64,000 bases of DNA from Macrostomum lignano (Eukaryota). Location: assembly GCA_002269645.1 (NCBI GenBank), contig NIVC01003501.1, forward strand, positions 1,623 to 65,622, in the 5' to 3' direction. Under the pieces are notes generated by a model. It searched no databases. It had not been told where the DNA came from and saw only the letters and a program-made list of their open reading frames with translations. This document shows, in pieces, positions 13,234 to 27,518 of this stretch. Made by a program: the position numbers and the translations under genes. Position 1 is the first letter of the stretch. Every line of letters starts with the position of its first letter.

Positions 13234-14131
13234 AAAAAATACCTATTGGAGACGTCTAACTTTCTATTGGATACCGTTAATCAGAAAGTCTGGAGAATGG
13301 GCAACTCAACAACACCTGGCGGCTAGCTTCCCATTGGCAATAGTAGCTGAAAGCCCAAAACTCAAAAGGGTAAAGCGCAGTCTAGTCTTGAGCTAGGAAT
13401 ATTTATTAATTAATTTAATAGCAGGCGGTGTTGACACAGGCTTTGGGGGGTCGTACATGTACAGGCTTTGGGGTGTGCATGACTTGCAATGTACGTACAT
13501 GTACGTTTTAACCCATCAGAATGGGGGAAAGGTGGCTTGAGGCAAAGTGGGCAGGTGCAATAGGCGATCATGAGTGTAAGAAATAGTAAAGACGGGCAAT
13601 GATATAAAAACATTTTACTCTTCAAACCAGATACGTAATTTTGCTATTCGGGATATGTTTACATGTAGATCGAGAGTAAAATACAAATAATAGGAGTTAA
13701 ATTGTAAATTATTTACTTTTTCATAGTTTAAGTACTAATTAGTCTTAGCTAGTCAATTTTATATATTTTGAAGAAGTAATTTACTGCTTTATAAATATTT
13801 TAATCGAACATTGCAACTTTGCAAAGATTGTCTGAAATTTTGTTGCAAAAGCAAAACTCGTGATGCACACGTTTTGTGAATGTGTTTAAACAATTTTTAT
13901 CTACTTATTTTTAACATAAATTTTATAACAACATATTAGGACGATAGTTTTATTTTTAAAAATATTTTTATGTTTCAAATTATATACTTTCGTTTCTTGT
14001 CAAAGCATATTGATTGATCACCATATGAACCAAAATGCCTTAATACATATTAATTTAATTTACGAGATTACAGATTTTATACATTGCTATTTTGTTTTTA
14101 GAAGGCAACAGAATAATAATATACAGAAACC

Positions 14132-17100
14132 ATGTTTGAAGACGAGGAGGAAGAAACTAACAGCGCTGAGGGAGAGGCAGAGAATGAGCAGCAAGCCGAC
14201 GAGGAAGGCGAAGAAGCCGAAGAAAGAGAGGGAGAGGAGGAAGAAGAAGCAAAAGTCGAAGAAGAGGAAGAGGTAAGATGCTATTTAGGATTTATTAAGT
14301 TAAAAAATGTTTTTTAGGTAAAAATGTTGCTTTTGATTTGGTCTTCTCGAAAAATTCCTCAGAGCCTGTTAATATATTTCCTTAATTCATAGTGAAAAGT
14401 ATATTCCATAAATTGATGACTAAACCACTGAAGTTAGCTCGTCTTTAATCGATAATTATTAAAGAACAATAAGAAATAAATCAATATTCAAGAACTTTAA
14501 ATGGTAGCATAAAGATATTCTCTGTTAAAAATCTGTGTCTTTGTATTTTTGATGACCTATTAATGACATAAGTTTAACTCAAATAGTTCCTGTGCATTTA
14601 AAGGCCAGTTTTAATAATACATTACTCGTACCATTGCTCCAATAACCATTTGCACAATAACTTCTACTCTATATTTAATTTGGTTTCTGGGATCGCAAAA
14701 AATCTAGCTACAATTATTGATGCCTAAGTAGTTTATGCTATTTTGCAAATAGAAGCAGCCTGGTTTGAAGTTTCTTGAATTGTTAGACTGCTTATAAGAG
14801 TTAGAAAAGGTAAATTTAAACTAAACTTCTAGCTTTCTGTACAGTTAAGACGAAAATAGCTTAAAAGCTTTGTTTTGTAGGAAAAGCGTTTATTTAAAAA
14901 AAGCAAAAATTATATAGGGCCTATTAAAGTTGATATCTTAAAGCTATATTTATAATTTATCTGAATTTATTGTTTTTTTCTAATAACAAGACCGTATGTT
15001 AATGTAAAATATTTGACAAGTAAACAACTAAAATAATTTTGCCTCCCATTTGCAACAGGAATTCCCAGCAAACCCGCTTACAGAGGAGATGATGCCCGAA
15101 TGTATTTCGCTGCTTTGCAAGATCGGCAGCGGACTGGCGCACGCCTACGTAAAGCTGGACTGCAAGGGGCGGTGAGTTGCGCCAGAGCCAGAGCAGAATC
15201 AGGGAGCTGCGGGGCCGCTGAAGAATGATGGCGGTGGAAAGGGGGGTGGTGAGCAGCAGCACTCCCTGAAGAGTCGGAGGGAGGCAGATGAGCAGCGGCA
15301 CTCCCTGAAGAGTCGGGGGGAGGCAGGTGAGCAACTGAGGAGAGTCGGGGGGAGGCAGGTGAGCAACTGAGGAGAGTCCGGGGGAGGCAGGTGAGCAGCT
15401 GAGGAGAGTCGGGGGGAGGCAGGTGAGCAACTGAGGAGAGTCGGGGGAGGCAGGTGAGCAACTGAGGAGAGTCGGGGGGAGGCAGGTGAGCAACTGAGGA
15501 GAGTCCGGGGGAGGCAGGTGAGCAACTGAGGAGAGTCGGGGGGAGGCAGGTGTGCAACTGAGAGTCGGGGGGAGACAGGTGAGCAACTGACAGTCGGGGG
15601 AGGCAGGTGAGCAACTGAGGAGAGTCCGGGGGAGGCAGGTGAGCAACTGAGGAGAGTCGGGGGGAGGCAGGTGTGCAACTGAGGAGAGTCGGGGGGAGGC
15701 AGGTGAGCAACTGAGAGTCGGGAGAGGCAGGTGAGCAACTGAGGAGAGTCCGGGGGAGGCAGGTGTGCAACTGAGAGTCGGAGGGAGACAGGTGAGCAAC
15801 TGAGAGTCGGGGGAGGCAGGTGAGCAACTGAGGAGAGTCCGGGGGAGGCAGGTAAGCAACTGAGGAGAGTCCGGGGGAGGCAGGTGAGCAACTGAGGAGA
15901 GTCGGGGGGAGGCAGGTGAGCAACTGAGGAGAGTCCGGGGGAGGCAGGTGAGCAACTGAGGAGAGTCCGGGGGAGGCAGGTGAGCAACTGAGGAGAGTCC
16001 GGGGGAGGCAGGTGAGCAACTGAGGAGAGTCCGGGGGAGGCAGGTGAGCAACTGAGGAGAGTCGGGGGGAGGCAGGTGTGCAACTGAGAGTCGGGGGGAG
16101 ACAGGTGAGCAACTGACAGTCGGGGGAGGCAGGTGAGCAACTGAGGAGAGTCCGGGGGAGGCAGGTGAGCAACTGAGGAGAGTCGGGGGGAGGCAGGTGT
16201 GCAACTGAGGAGAGTCGGGGGGAGGCAGGTGTGCAACTGAGAGTCGGAGGGAGACAGGTGAGCAACTGAGAGTCGGTGCCTCCCCCGGAGAGTCCGGGGG
16301 AGGCAGGTGAGCAACTGAGGAGAGTCCGGGGGAGGCAGGTGAGCAACTGAGGAGAGTCCGGGGGAGGCAGGTGAGCAACTGAGGAGAGTCGGGGGGAGGC
16401 AGGTGTGCAACTGAGAGTCGGGGGGAGACAGGTGAGCAACTGAGAGTCGGGGGAGGCAGGTGAGCAACTGAGGAGAGTCCGGGGGAGGCAGGTGAGCAAC
16501 TGAGGAGAGTCCGGGGGAGGCAGGTGAGCAACTGAGGAGAGTCGGGGGGAGGCAGGTGTGCAACTGAGAGTCGGGGGGAGACAGGTGAGCAACTGAGGAG
16601 AGTCCGGGGGTGGCAGGTGAGCAACTGAGGAGAGTCAGGGGGAGGCAGGTGAGCAACTGAGGAGAGTCGGAGGGAGGCAGGTGAGCAACTGAGGAGAGTC
16701 GGGGGGAGGCAGGTGTGCAACCGAGGAGAGTCGGGGGAGGCAGGTGAGCAACTGAGGAGAGTCGGGGGGAGGCAGGTGAGCAACTGAGGAGAGTCGGGGG
16801 GAGGCAGGTGAGCAACTGAGGAGAGTCGGGGGGAGGCAGGTGTGCAACTGAGAGTCGGGGGGAGACAGGTGAGCAACTGAGAGTCGGGGGAGGCAGGTGA
16901 GCAACTGAGGAGAGTCGGGGGGAGGCAGGTGAGCAACTGAGGAGAGTCCGGGGGAGGCAGGTGAGCAACTGAGGAGAGTCGGGGGAGGCAGGTGAGCAAC
17001 TGAGGAGAGTCCGGGGGAGGCAGGTGAGCAACTGAGGAGAGTCGGGGGGAGGCAGGTGAGCAGCGGCACTCAGAGGTCAAGGTGGCTAAGAAGCTGAAAG

Positions 17101-20100
17101 CAGAGGCGGCCCAAGTCAGCGCTAGAAAGTCATTAAAAATCGCAACATCCCGCCGCAAAAAATCCAGTGAGCTGACGAACATCGAGCTGCTTCAGCGGTA
17201 CGTTCATTTGAGATACGTTGACCTGTCCAACAACCACATCAAGGACATCTCACCATTGAGCAACCTGACTGAGCTGCTCACGCTGAAGTGCGAGAACAAT
17301 GCCCTAGCATCCGGGGAGCTAGCCCAGCTGCCGTACCTTCAGTACCTGAACCTCAACAACAACAAGATCTCCTCATTCCAGGGCATCAACCATCCACTGC
17401 TGGAGCACCTGTCACTCAACTGTGAGTAAAAGCCAAATTAGCAATTAGCGTATTTCTAATCGAAGGAATTCAATGCCATTCTGCCTCCTGGCGAAGTAAG
17501 ATCTCAAATTATTGACAAAGTTCAATAATTATTTACTGCCTCATTAGTCACGATTAGCCAAGTCGCATTTTCTTGATTGAATTCTGTTTTTTCATCTGCC
17601 TCTGCTTTTGCCTCACTGTGTTGGTTAATGTAACACTTGCGGGAAATTCCATGACCAAAGAGGAAGAAGAAAAATAGGAGACTCCATGACAAACATACGA
17701 GTAGAAGCTCCATGACACACGGGGAAGCTACATGACATACTGGGAAGCTACATGACACACGGGAAGCTACATGATACACGGGAAGCTACATGATACACGG
17801 GGAAGCTACATGACACACGGGAAGCTACATGACACATTGGGAAGCTCCATGACACACGGGAAGCTACATGACACATGGGGAAGCTACATGACACACTGGG
17901 AAGCTACATGACACACTGGGAAGCTACATGACACACTGGGAAGCTACATGACACATGGGGAAGCTCCATGACACACTGGGAAGCTACATGACACACGGGG
18001 AAGCTACATGACACACGGGGAAGCTACATGACACATTGGGAAGCTACATGACACACTGGGAAGCTACATGACACACGGGGAAGCTACATGACACATTGGG
18101 AAGCTACATGACACACGGGGAAGCTACATGACACATTGGGAAGCTCCATGACACACTGGGAAGCTACATGACACACTGGGAAGCTACATGACACATGGGG
18201 AAGCTACATGACACACTGGGAAGCTACATGACACACTGGGAAGCTACATGACACATGGGGAAGCTACATGACACACTGGGAAGCTACATGACACACGGGA
18301 AGCTACATGACACATGGGGAAGCTACATGACATATTGGGAAGCTCCATGACACACTGGGAAGCTACATGACACACTGGGAAGCTACATGACACATGGGGA
18401 AGCTACATGACACATGGGGAAGCTACATGACACACGGGAAGCTCCATGACACACTGGGAAGCTCCATGACACACTGGGAAGCTACATGACACACGGGGAA
18501 GCTACATGACACACGGGGAAGCTCCATGACACATTGGGAAGCTACATGACACACTGGGAAGCTACATGACACACGGGGAAGCTACATGACACATTGGGAA
18601 GCTACATGACACACGGGGAAGTTACATGACATATTGGGAAGCTCCATGACACACTGGGAAGCTACATGACACACTGGGAAGCTACATGACACATGGGGAA
18701 GCTACATGACACACTGGGAAGCTACATGACACACGGGGAAGCTACATGACACATTGGGAAGCTACATGACACATTGGAAAGTTACATGACATATTGGGAA
18801 GCTCCATGACACACTGGGAAGCTACATGACACACTGGGAAGCTACATGACACACTGGGAAGCTACATGACACACGGGGAAGCTCCATGAAACACTGTGAG
18901 AAGCTACATGACACACTGGGAAGCTACATGACACACGGGGAAGCTCCATGACACACTGTGAGAAGCTACATGACACACTGGGAAGCTACATGACACACTG
19001 GGAAGCTACATGACACACTGGGAAGCTACATGACACACTGGGAAGCTACATGACACATGGGGAAGCTACATGACACACGGGAAGCTCCATGACACACTGG
19101 GAAGCTCCATGACACACTGGGAAGCTACATGACACACGGGGAAGCTACATGACACACGGGGAAGCTACATGACACACGGGGAAGCTACATGACACATTGG
19201 GAAGCTACATGACACACTGGGAAGCTACATGACACACGGGCAAGCTACATGACACATTGGGAAGCTACATGACACACGGGGAAGTTACATGACATATTGG
19301 GAAGCTCCATGACACACTGGGAAGCTACATGACACACTGGGAAGCTACATGACACATGGGGAAGCTACATGACACACTGGGAAGCTACATGACACACGGG
19401 GAAGCTACATGACACATTGGGAAGCTACATGACACATTGGGAAGTTACATGACATATTGGGAAGCTCCATGACACACTGGGAAGCTACATGACACACTGG
19501 GAAGCTACATGACACACTGGGAAGCTACATGACACACGGGGAAGCTCCATGACACACTGTGAGAAGCTACATGACACACTGGGAAGCTACATGACACACG
19601 GGGAAGCTCCATGACACACTGTGAGAAGCTACATGACACACTGGGAAGCTACATGACACACGGGGAAGCTACATGACACACTGTGAGAAGCTACATGACA
19701 CACTGGGAAGCTACATGACACACTGGGAAGCTACATGACACATTGGGAAGCTACATGACACACGGGAAGCTACATGACACATGGGGAAGCTACATGACAC
19801 ACGGGAAGCTACATGACACACGGGGAAGCTACATGACACACGGGGAGGCTACATGACACATTGGGAAGCTACATGACACACGGGAAGCTACATGACACAT
19901 GGGGAAGCTACATGACACACTGGGAAGCTACATGACACACGGGGAAGCTACATGACACATGGGGAAGCTCCATGACACACTGGGAAGCTACATGACACAC
20001 GGGGAAGCTACATGACACACGGGGAAGCTACATGACACATTGGGAAGCTACATGACACACTGGGAAGCTACATGACACACGGGGAAGCTACATGACACAT

Positions 20101-23100
20101 TGGGAAGCTACATGACACACGGGGAAGCTACATGACACATTGGGAAGCTCCATGACACACTGGGAAGCTACATGACACACTGGGAAGCTACATGACACAT
20201 GGGGAAGCTACATGACACACTGGGAAGCTACATGACACACTGGGAAGCTACATGACACATGGGGAAGCTACATGACACACTGGGAAGCTACATGACACAC
20301 GGGAAGCTACATGACACATGGGGAAGCTACATGACATATTGGGAAGCTCCATGACACACTGGGAAGCTACATGACACACTGGGAAGCTACATGACACATG
20401 GGGAAGCTACATGACACATGGGGAAGCTACATGACACACGGGAAGCTCCATGACACACTGGGAAGCTCCATGACACACTGGGAAGCTACATGACACACGG
20501 GGAAGCTACATGACACACGGGGAAGCTCCATGACACATTGGGAAGCTACATGACACACTGGGAAGCTACATGACACACGGGGAAGCTACATGACACATTG
20601 GGAAGCTACATGACACACGGGGAAGTTACATGACATATTGGGAAGCTCCATGACACACTGGGAAGCTACATGACACACTGGGAAGCTACATGACACATGG
20701 GGAAGCTACATGACACACTGGGAAGCTACATGACACACGGGGAAGCTACATGACACATTGGGAAGCTACATGACACATTGGAAAGTTACATGACATATTG
20801 GGAAGCTCCATGACACACTGGGAAGCTACATGACACACTGGGAAGCTACATGACACACTGGGAAGCTACATGACACACGGGGAAGCTCCATGAAACACTG
20901 TGAGAAGCTACATGACACACTGGGAAGCTACATGACACACGGGGAAGCTCCATGACACACTGTGAGAAGCTACATGACACACTGGGAAGCTACATGACAC
21001 ACTGGGAAGCTACATGACACACTGGGAAGCTACATGACACACTGGGAAGCTACATGACACATGGGGAAGCTACATGACACACGGGAAGCTCCATGACACA
21101 CTGGGAAGCTCCATGACACACTGGGAAGCTACATGACACACGGGGAAGCTACATGACACACGGGGAAGCTACATGACACACGGGGAAGCTACATGACACA
21201 TTGGGAAGCTACATGACACACTGGGAAGCTACATGACACACGGGCAAGCTACATGACACATTGGGAAGCTACATGACACACGGGGAAGTTACATGACATA
21301 TTGGGAAGCTCCATGACACACTGGGAAGCTACATGACACACTGGGAAGCTACATGACACATGGGGAAGCTACATGACACACTGGGAAGCTACATGACACA
21401 CGGGGAAGCTACATGACACATTGGGAAGCTACATGACACATTGGGAAGTTACATGACATATTGGGAAGCTCCATGACACACTGGGAAGCTACATGACACA
21501 CTGGGAAGCTACATGACACACTGGGAAGCTACATGACACACGGGGAAGCTCCATGACACACTGTGAGAAGCTACATGACACACTGGGAAGCTACATGACA
21601 CACGGGAAGCTCCATGACACACTGTGAGAAGCTACATGACACACTGGGAAGCTACATGACACACGGGGAAGCTACATGACACACTGTGAGAAGCTACATG
21701 ACACACTGGGAAGCTACATGACACACGGGGAAGCTACATGACACATTGGGAAGCTACATGACACACGGGAAGCTACATGACACATGGGGAAGCTACATGA
21801 CACACGGGAAGCTACATGACACACGGGGAAGCTACATGACACACGGGGAGGCTACATGACACATTGGGAAGCTACATGACACACGGGAAGCTACATGACA
21901 CATGGGGAAGCTACATGACACACTGGGAAGCTACATGACACACGGGGAAGCTACATGACACACGGGGAAGCTACATGACACATGGGGAAGCTACATGACA
22001 CACTGGGAAGCTACATGACACACGGGAAGATACATGACACACTGGGAAGCTACATGACACACGGGGAAGCTACATGACACACTGGGAAGCTACATGACAC
22101 ACGGGGAAGCTACATGACACACTGGGAAGCTACATGACACACGGGAAGATACATGACACACTGGGAAGCTACATGACACACGGGGAAGCTACATGACACA
22201 CGGGAAGCTACATGACACACTGGGAAGCTACATGACACATGGGGAAGCTACATGACACACGGGGAAGCTACATGACACACTGGGAAGCTACATGACACAT
22301 GGAGAGCTCCATGATTGAAGGTTGGATAAAAATGGTGGAAACAAACGCATCTAAAGTTTCAGGGTAATCCCAAAATTTTAGCTTAAACTTAGGGTGATTT
22401 TATTCCCCCAGTCAACAGAGTGAAGTACATCGAAGGCGTGGACCCCAGCATCATGAACCGCCTGCACACGCTTGAGCTCCGAGGCAACCAGCTGGCAAGC
22501 ACTGACGGACTCCACCTGCCCAACTTGAAGAACCTCTTTCTGGTGAGATTGCGGATGTAATATTTCATGTCTGATCCTGAGAGATTGTGCCTGCTCATGT
22601 GCGATCCTGAGAGATTGTGCCTGCTCATGTGCGATCCTGAGAGATTGTGCCTGATCTTATGCGATCCTGAGAGATTGTGCCTGCTCATGTGCGATCCTGA
22701 GAGATTGTGCCTGATCGTGTTCGATCCTGAGAGATTGTGCCTGATCTTATGCGATCCTGAGAGATTGTGCCTGCTCATGTGCGATCCTGAGAGATTGTGC
22801 CTGATCATGTGCGATCCTGAGAGATTGTGCCTGATCGTGTGCGATCCTGAGAGATTGTGCCTGATCGTGTTCGATCCTGAGAGATTGTGCCTGATCGTGT
22901 TCGATCCTGAGAGATTGTGCCTGATCGTGTTCGATCCTGAGAGATTGTGCCTGATCGTGTGCGATCCTGAGAGATTGTGCCTGATCTTATGCGATCCTGA
23001 GAGATTGTGCCTGATCTTATGCGATCCTGAGAGATTGTGCCTGATCGTGTGCGATCCTGAGAGATTGTGCCTGATCGTGTGCGATCCTGAGAGATTGTGC

Positions 23101-25441
23101 CTGATCGTGTGCGATCCTGAGAGATTGTGCCTGATCGTGTGCGATCCTGAGAGATTGTGCCTGATCTTATGCGATCCTGAGAGATTGTGCCTGATCGTGT
23201 GCGATCCTGAGTAAGAACTTAGGTCGAAGCGCACCTTCGGACACGCAATGTAGAAGCTTACATGTACACTCAGTCGCTGCACAGGCTGCCAGTCAAACAG
23301 TAGAAACTCTCGAAGTCATTCGCAAATTACACAGGCTGGCAATCGGATCCGCCAAGTGACCGGACTCGGCCGGATGGAGAGCCTGACCACTCTGCACCTG
23401 CGCGACAACCAAATTGAGACGCTGGACGGATTCACCGATCAGATGAAGAATCTGCAGTACCTTAATATGCGGTATGAATAGGAATGCTCATAAAAACTCT
23501 CATGCATATTAAGGCGTAAAGCAAAGGCTCTCTAAACCGAATCGAAAACCCATTAATCAAGTAGAGGCCCTATGACTGAAGTGAGAATTCAGAAAGCCCC
23601 ATGGGAATTGGGAATTTATGATCAAAGCTCCATGATTGAATAGGAAGCTCTGCATGGGACCAAAAGGAAAGCTCCATCACCAAAAGGAAAGCTCCATGAC
23701 CAAAAGGAAAGCTCCATAACCAAAAGGAAAGCTCCATCACCAAAAGGAAAGCTCCATGACCAAAAGGAAAGCTCCATAACCAAAAGGAAAGCTCCATCAC
23801 CAAAAGGAAAGCTCCATAACCAAAAGGAAAGCTCCATAACCAAAAGGAAAGCTCCATGACCAAAAGGAAAGCTCCATAACCAAAAGGAAAGCTCCATGAC
23901 CAAAAGGAAAGCTCCATGACCAAAAGGAAAGCTCCATAACCAAAAGGAAAGCTCCATGACCAAAAGGAAAGCTCCATGACCAAAAGGAAAGCTCCATAAC
24001 CAAAAGGAAAGCTCCATGACCAAAAGGAAAGCTCCATGACCAAAAGGAAAGCTCCATAACCAAAAGGGAAGCTCCATGACCAAAAGGAAAGCTCCATGAC
24101 CAAAAGGAAAGCTCCATAACCAAAAGGAAAGCTCCATAACCAAAAGGAAAGCTCCATGACCAAAAGGAAAGCTCCATGACCAAAAGGAAAGCTCCATGAC
24201 CAAAAGGAAAGCTCCATGACCAAAAGGGAAGCTCCATGACCAAATGGAAAGCTCCATAACCAAAAGGAAAGCTCCATGACCAAAAGGAAAGCTCCATGAC
24301 CAAAAGGAAAGCTCCATGACCAAAAGGAAAGCTCCATGACCAAAAGGAAAGCTCCATGACCAAAAGGAAAGCTCCATGGCCAAAAGGAAAGCTACAGGAT
24401 CAAAAGGAAACCTCCATGATCGATAGGAAATTACCGGGATAAAATAGAAAACTCTATAAGAGTAGCAACCCAATAAACAGCCAGCTAAATATCCCATAAT
24501 TCCTCCAGCGGAAACGGCATCAGCTCGCTGAGGGAGCTTAACAAGCTCAAGTGCTTGCCGATGCTCCGTGCTGTTGTGCTGTCGGAGAATCCCATCGCCG
24601 AGGACGACGAGTACCGGCTCGAGGTGCTGACGGTGCTGCGCAAGGTGATCCGGCTGGACAAGGACGAGTACCAGGATGACGAGCGGGAGGAGGCTGAGGC
24701 TCGCTACGAGCAACGGCGACTCGAGGAACTGAACAAGGAGGAGATGGAGGTAGGTACTCTTGTGCATCTCCTCTTTAGTGGTGGGATAAATTGGAAGCCA
24801 GAAACATCCCAGCAAGGCCGATTAATTAATTGCTACAGTACTCCAAAACATCAGGGAATGATTATTAGTGACTCACCGCTACCCCTGAACCCACAGGGAA
24901 TGATTATTGTTGACTCGCCACTACCCCAGATCCCCCAGGGAATGATTATTGGTGACTCGCCGCTACCCCAGATCCCCCAGGGAATGATTATTGTTGACTC
25001 GCCGCTACCCCAGATCCCCCAGGGAATGATTATTGGTGACTCGCCGCTACCCCAGAACCCCCTCATGGAATGATTATTGGTGACTCGCCGCTACCCAGAA
25101 CCCCCTCATGGAATGATTATTGGTGACTCGCCGCTACCCCAGAACCCCCTCATGGAATGATTATTGGTGACTCGCCGCTACCCCAGAACCCCCTCATGGA
25201 ATGATTATTGGTGACTCGCCGCTACCCCAGAACCCCCAGGGAATGATTATTGGTGACTCGCCGCTACCCCAGAACCCCCAGGGAATGATTATTGGTGACT
25301 CGCCGCTACCCCAGAGTGATGACTCGAAGCAGATCAGATAACTATAACAACTAACATCAATCGTGATAATTTCAGGAGGGTAAAGAAGAGGAAGATGATG
25401 CAACAGCGGAGGCAGCGGCAGACGAACCAGTTGAAGAGTGA
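14132..25441 (+). CDS. LRRC23: leucine-rich repeat-containing protein 23 (axonemal radial spoke component), ~360 aa, 7 exons
   Basis: Exons 14132-14272, 15059-15171, 17168-17421, 22412-22542, 23335-23471, 24509-24749, 25376-25441; all GT-AG, phases consistent (1083 nt). Diagnostic sequence PLTEEMM..ISLLCKIGSGLAHAYVKL, YVHLRYVDLSNN, LHTLELRGNQL, LTTLHLRDNQIETLDGF, RLDKDEY..DER matches LRRC23 as recalled. Confidence 0.95.
15250..17065. repeat. 28-33 bp minisatellite in LRRC23 intron 2 (GAGGCAGGTGAGCAACTGAGGAGAGTCGGGGG)
   Basis: Roughly 55 tandem copies; source of the 500-700 aa minus-strand ORFs. Confidence 0.97.
17705..22310. repeat. 20 bp minisatellite in LRRC23 intron 3 (GGGAAGCTACATGACACACT), 4.6 kb, with a ~2.0 kb higher-order duplication
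   Basis: Roughly 230 units; rare variants recur at +2003/2004 bp. Confidence 0.97.
22565..23212. repeat. 30 bp minisatellite in LRRC23 intron 4
   Basis: GATCCTGAGAGATTGTGCCTGATCGTGTGC, about 21 copies. Confidence 0.97.
23661..24420. repeat. 20 bp minisatellite in LRRC23 intron 5 (CAAAAGGAAAGCTCCATGAC)
   Basis: About 38 copies. Confidence 0.97.
24853..25315. repeat. ~42 bp minisatellite in LRRC23 intron 6
   Basis: GGAATGATTATTGGTGACTCGCCGCTACCCCAGAACCCC..., about 11 copies. Confidence 0.95.
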
Positions 25442-25906
25442 AGTCGGATACGATGATTGGGACAAAAGAAAATTCCATCCGTGATCTGATAACACTAAGT
25501 TTATGCATACTATCTATATAAACAAAAGGAAATGCCGTACGCACCAGCCACAAGTTGTGCGATTTAACTTTTTGTCTGTTTGTTTCTTTGATATATTTTG
25601 ACTTGTGACTAAGCTTCGACGAATAGCTATTCCCATATTGTTTAGCTTACATATTTTACTACTTATGGTATGCTTTTTGTTGCTGAACGAAGGGATTTCA
25701 TTAATGTTTTTCTATTGGAAACTAAACCAAATATAATTACCAGATGTTATTGACAATTGGCTTTGTTCTAATATTTAATTCATATTTCTAAGAAACAAAA
25801 CGCTCGAAAAAGAGAAGTTGGACTTGTCTCATTTAATTAACAGGTACCTATATGATATACATAGCATAGTCAGTGGCTTGCCATTATGGATGAGTGGTCG
25901 CTTTTT

Positions 25907-26688
25907 CTCACAGCTATTGATTATCCTGTAGCTTTATCACAGCTATTGATTATCCTGTAGCTTTATCACAGCTATTGATTATCCTGTAGCTGTCTCACAG
26001 CTATTGATTATCCTGTAGCTTTATCACAGCTATTGATTATCCTGTAGCTATATCACAGCTATTGATTATCCTGTAGCTATATCACAGCTATTGATTATCC
26101 TGTAGCTTTATCACAGCTATTGATTATCCTGTAGCTTTATCACAGCTATTGATTATCCTGTAGCTGTCTCACAGCTATTGATTATCCTGTAGCTTTATCA
26201 CAGCTATTGATTATCCTGTAGCTATATCACAGCTATTGATTATCCTGTAGCTTTATCACAGCTATTGATTATCCTGTAGCTTTATCAACGCTATTGATTA
26301 TCCTGTAGCTTTATCAACGCTATTGATTATCCTGTAGCTTTATCAACGCTATTGATTATCCTGTAGCTTTATCACAGCTATTGATTATCCTGTAGCTATC
26401 TCACAGCTATTGAATATCCGGTAGCTTTATCACAGCTATTGATTATCCTGTAGCTTTATCAACGCTATTGATTATCCTGTAGCTTTATCACAGCTATTGA
26501 TTATCCTGTAGCTATCTCACAGCTATTGAATATCCGGTAGCTATCTCACAGCTATTGATTATCCGGTAGCTATCTCACAGCTATTGATTATCCGGTAACT
26601 ATCTCACAGCTATTGATTATCCTGTAGCTTTATCACAGCTATTGATTATCCTGTAGCTTTATCACAGCTATTGATTATCCTGTAGCTT
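25907..26688. repeat. 29 bp minisatellite downstream of LRRC23 (CACAGCTATTGATTATCCTGTAGCTTTAT)
   Basis: About 27 copies between the convergent LRRC23 and DDAH-like genes. Confidence 0.95.
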
Positions 26689-27518
26689 GGCTTTCGATGG
26701 CAAGAATTTTTGCTTCTTTTACCCCGCCATTTTTGCTACAGATGCTCTTCAACTGTAGCAATTAAATAAAAGCAATTCACGCAAGGCAATAAGTTGCAAT
26801 ATGATTCACGTGATTTAATTGTCTCGGACAAATTAAAAACTGTTTTGGAAGCAGAGACGGGCCAAGCAATATAATCAGAAATAATCAAGTTTCGGTACTG
26901 GAGCAGCAGTGCTTACCATGCAACATGTATATGTATATGACATTACAGACACTAAAGGTCAACTCCGATTAGGTTGGTGTTACAGTAAAAAGCGCAAGCT
27001 AAAAAAACACACAAACAATTTTCATATTAAACACAACTATTGAAGGCTGACAATAGTCACAAGAAGCTGATTATGTATAATGTGTTGCAATAATGAATAG
27101 AACTAAGCATATAGCAATTATGATATAATCTACAGACAGTAGACAGTAGAATACCAAGCTATATAAAGGTAAAATTAAATTAGTAAAATTACTGATCAAC
27201 AAGAAGACAGAGAAACTTGAATATAGAGACTAATAAAATTTTATCAATTAGCTTCACGCATGCACAAATTCAACTGGGATGGCCTTAGCATGGGTTTAAC
27301 AATACTTGCTGTATAGATAATTATTGATCAAACAAATAGCAAAACGCAGGCAACCGATAGGCGAAGAAAAATTCGTTACTAAAAAATTATTTTAATATAT
27401 ACTAATGACAGTAATAAGCATACTGTTCAAACGAGTTTGATTGACACATTCGCGCACAAAAACACTAGTCAATGTATGTGTGTTTAGCAGGTCTCGGACA
27501 GCCGATAAAGCGCAGTGC

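Noticed and set aside
14999-17182. 500-727 aa minus-strand ORFs
   Set aside because: Translations of the intron 2 minisatellite; open in several frames; antisense to LRRC23.
17705-26688. Regular repeat arrays as possible CRISPR
   Set aside because: No unique spacers, no cas genes, eukaryotic intronic context.
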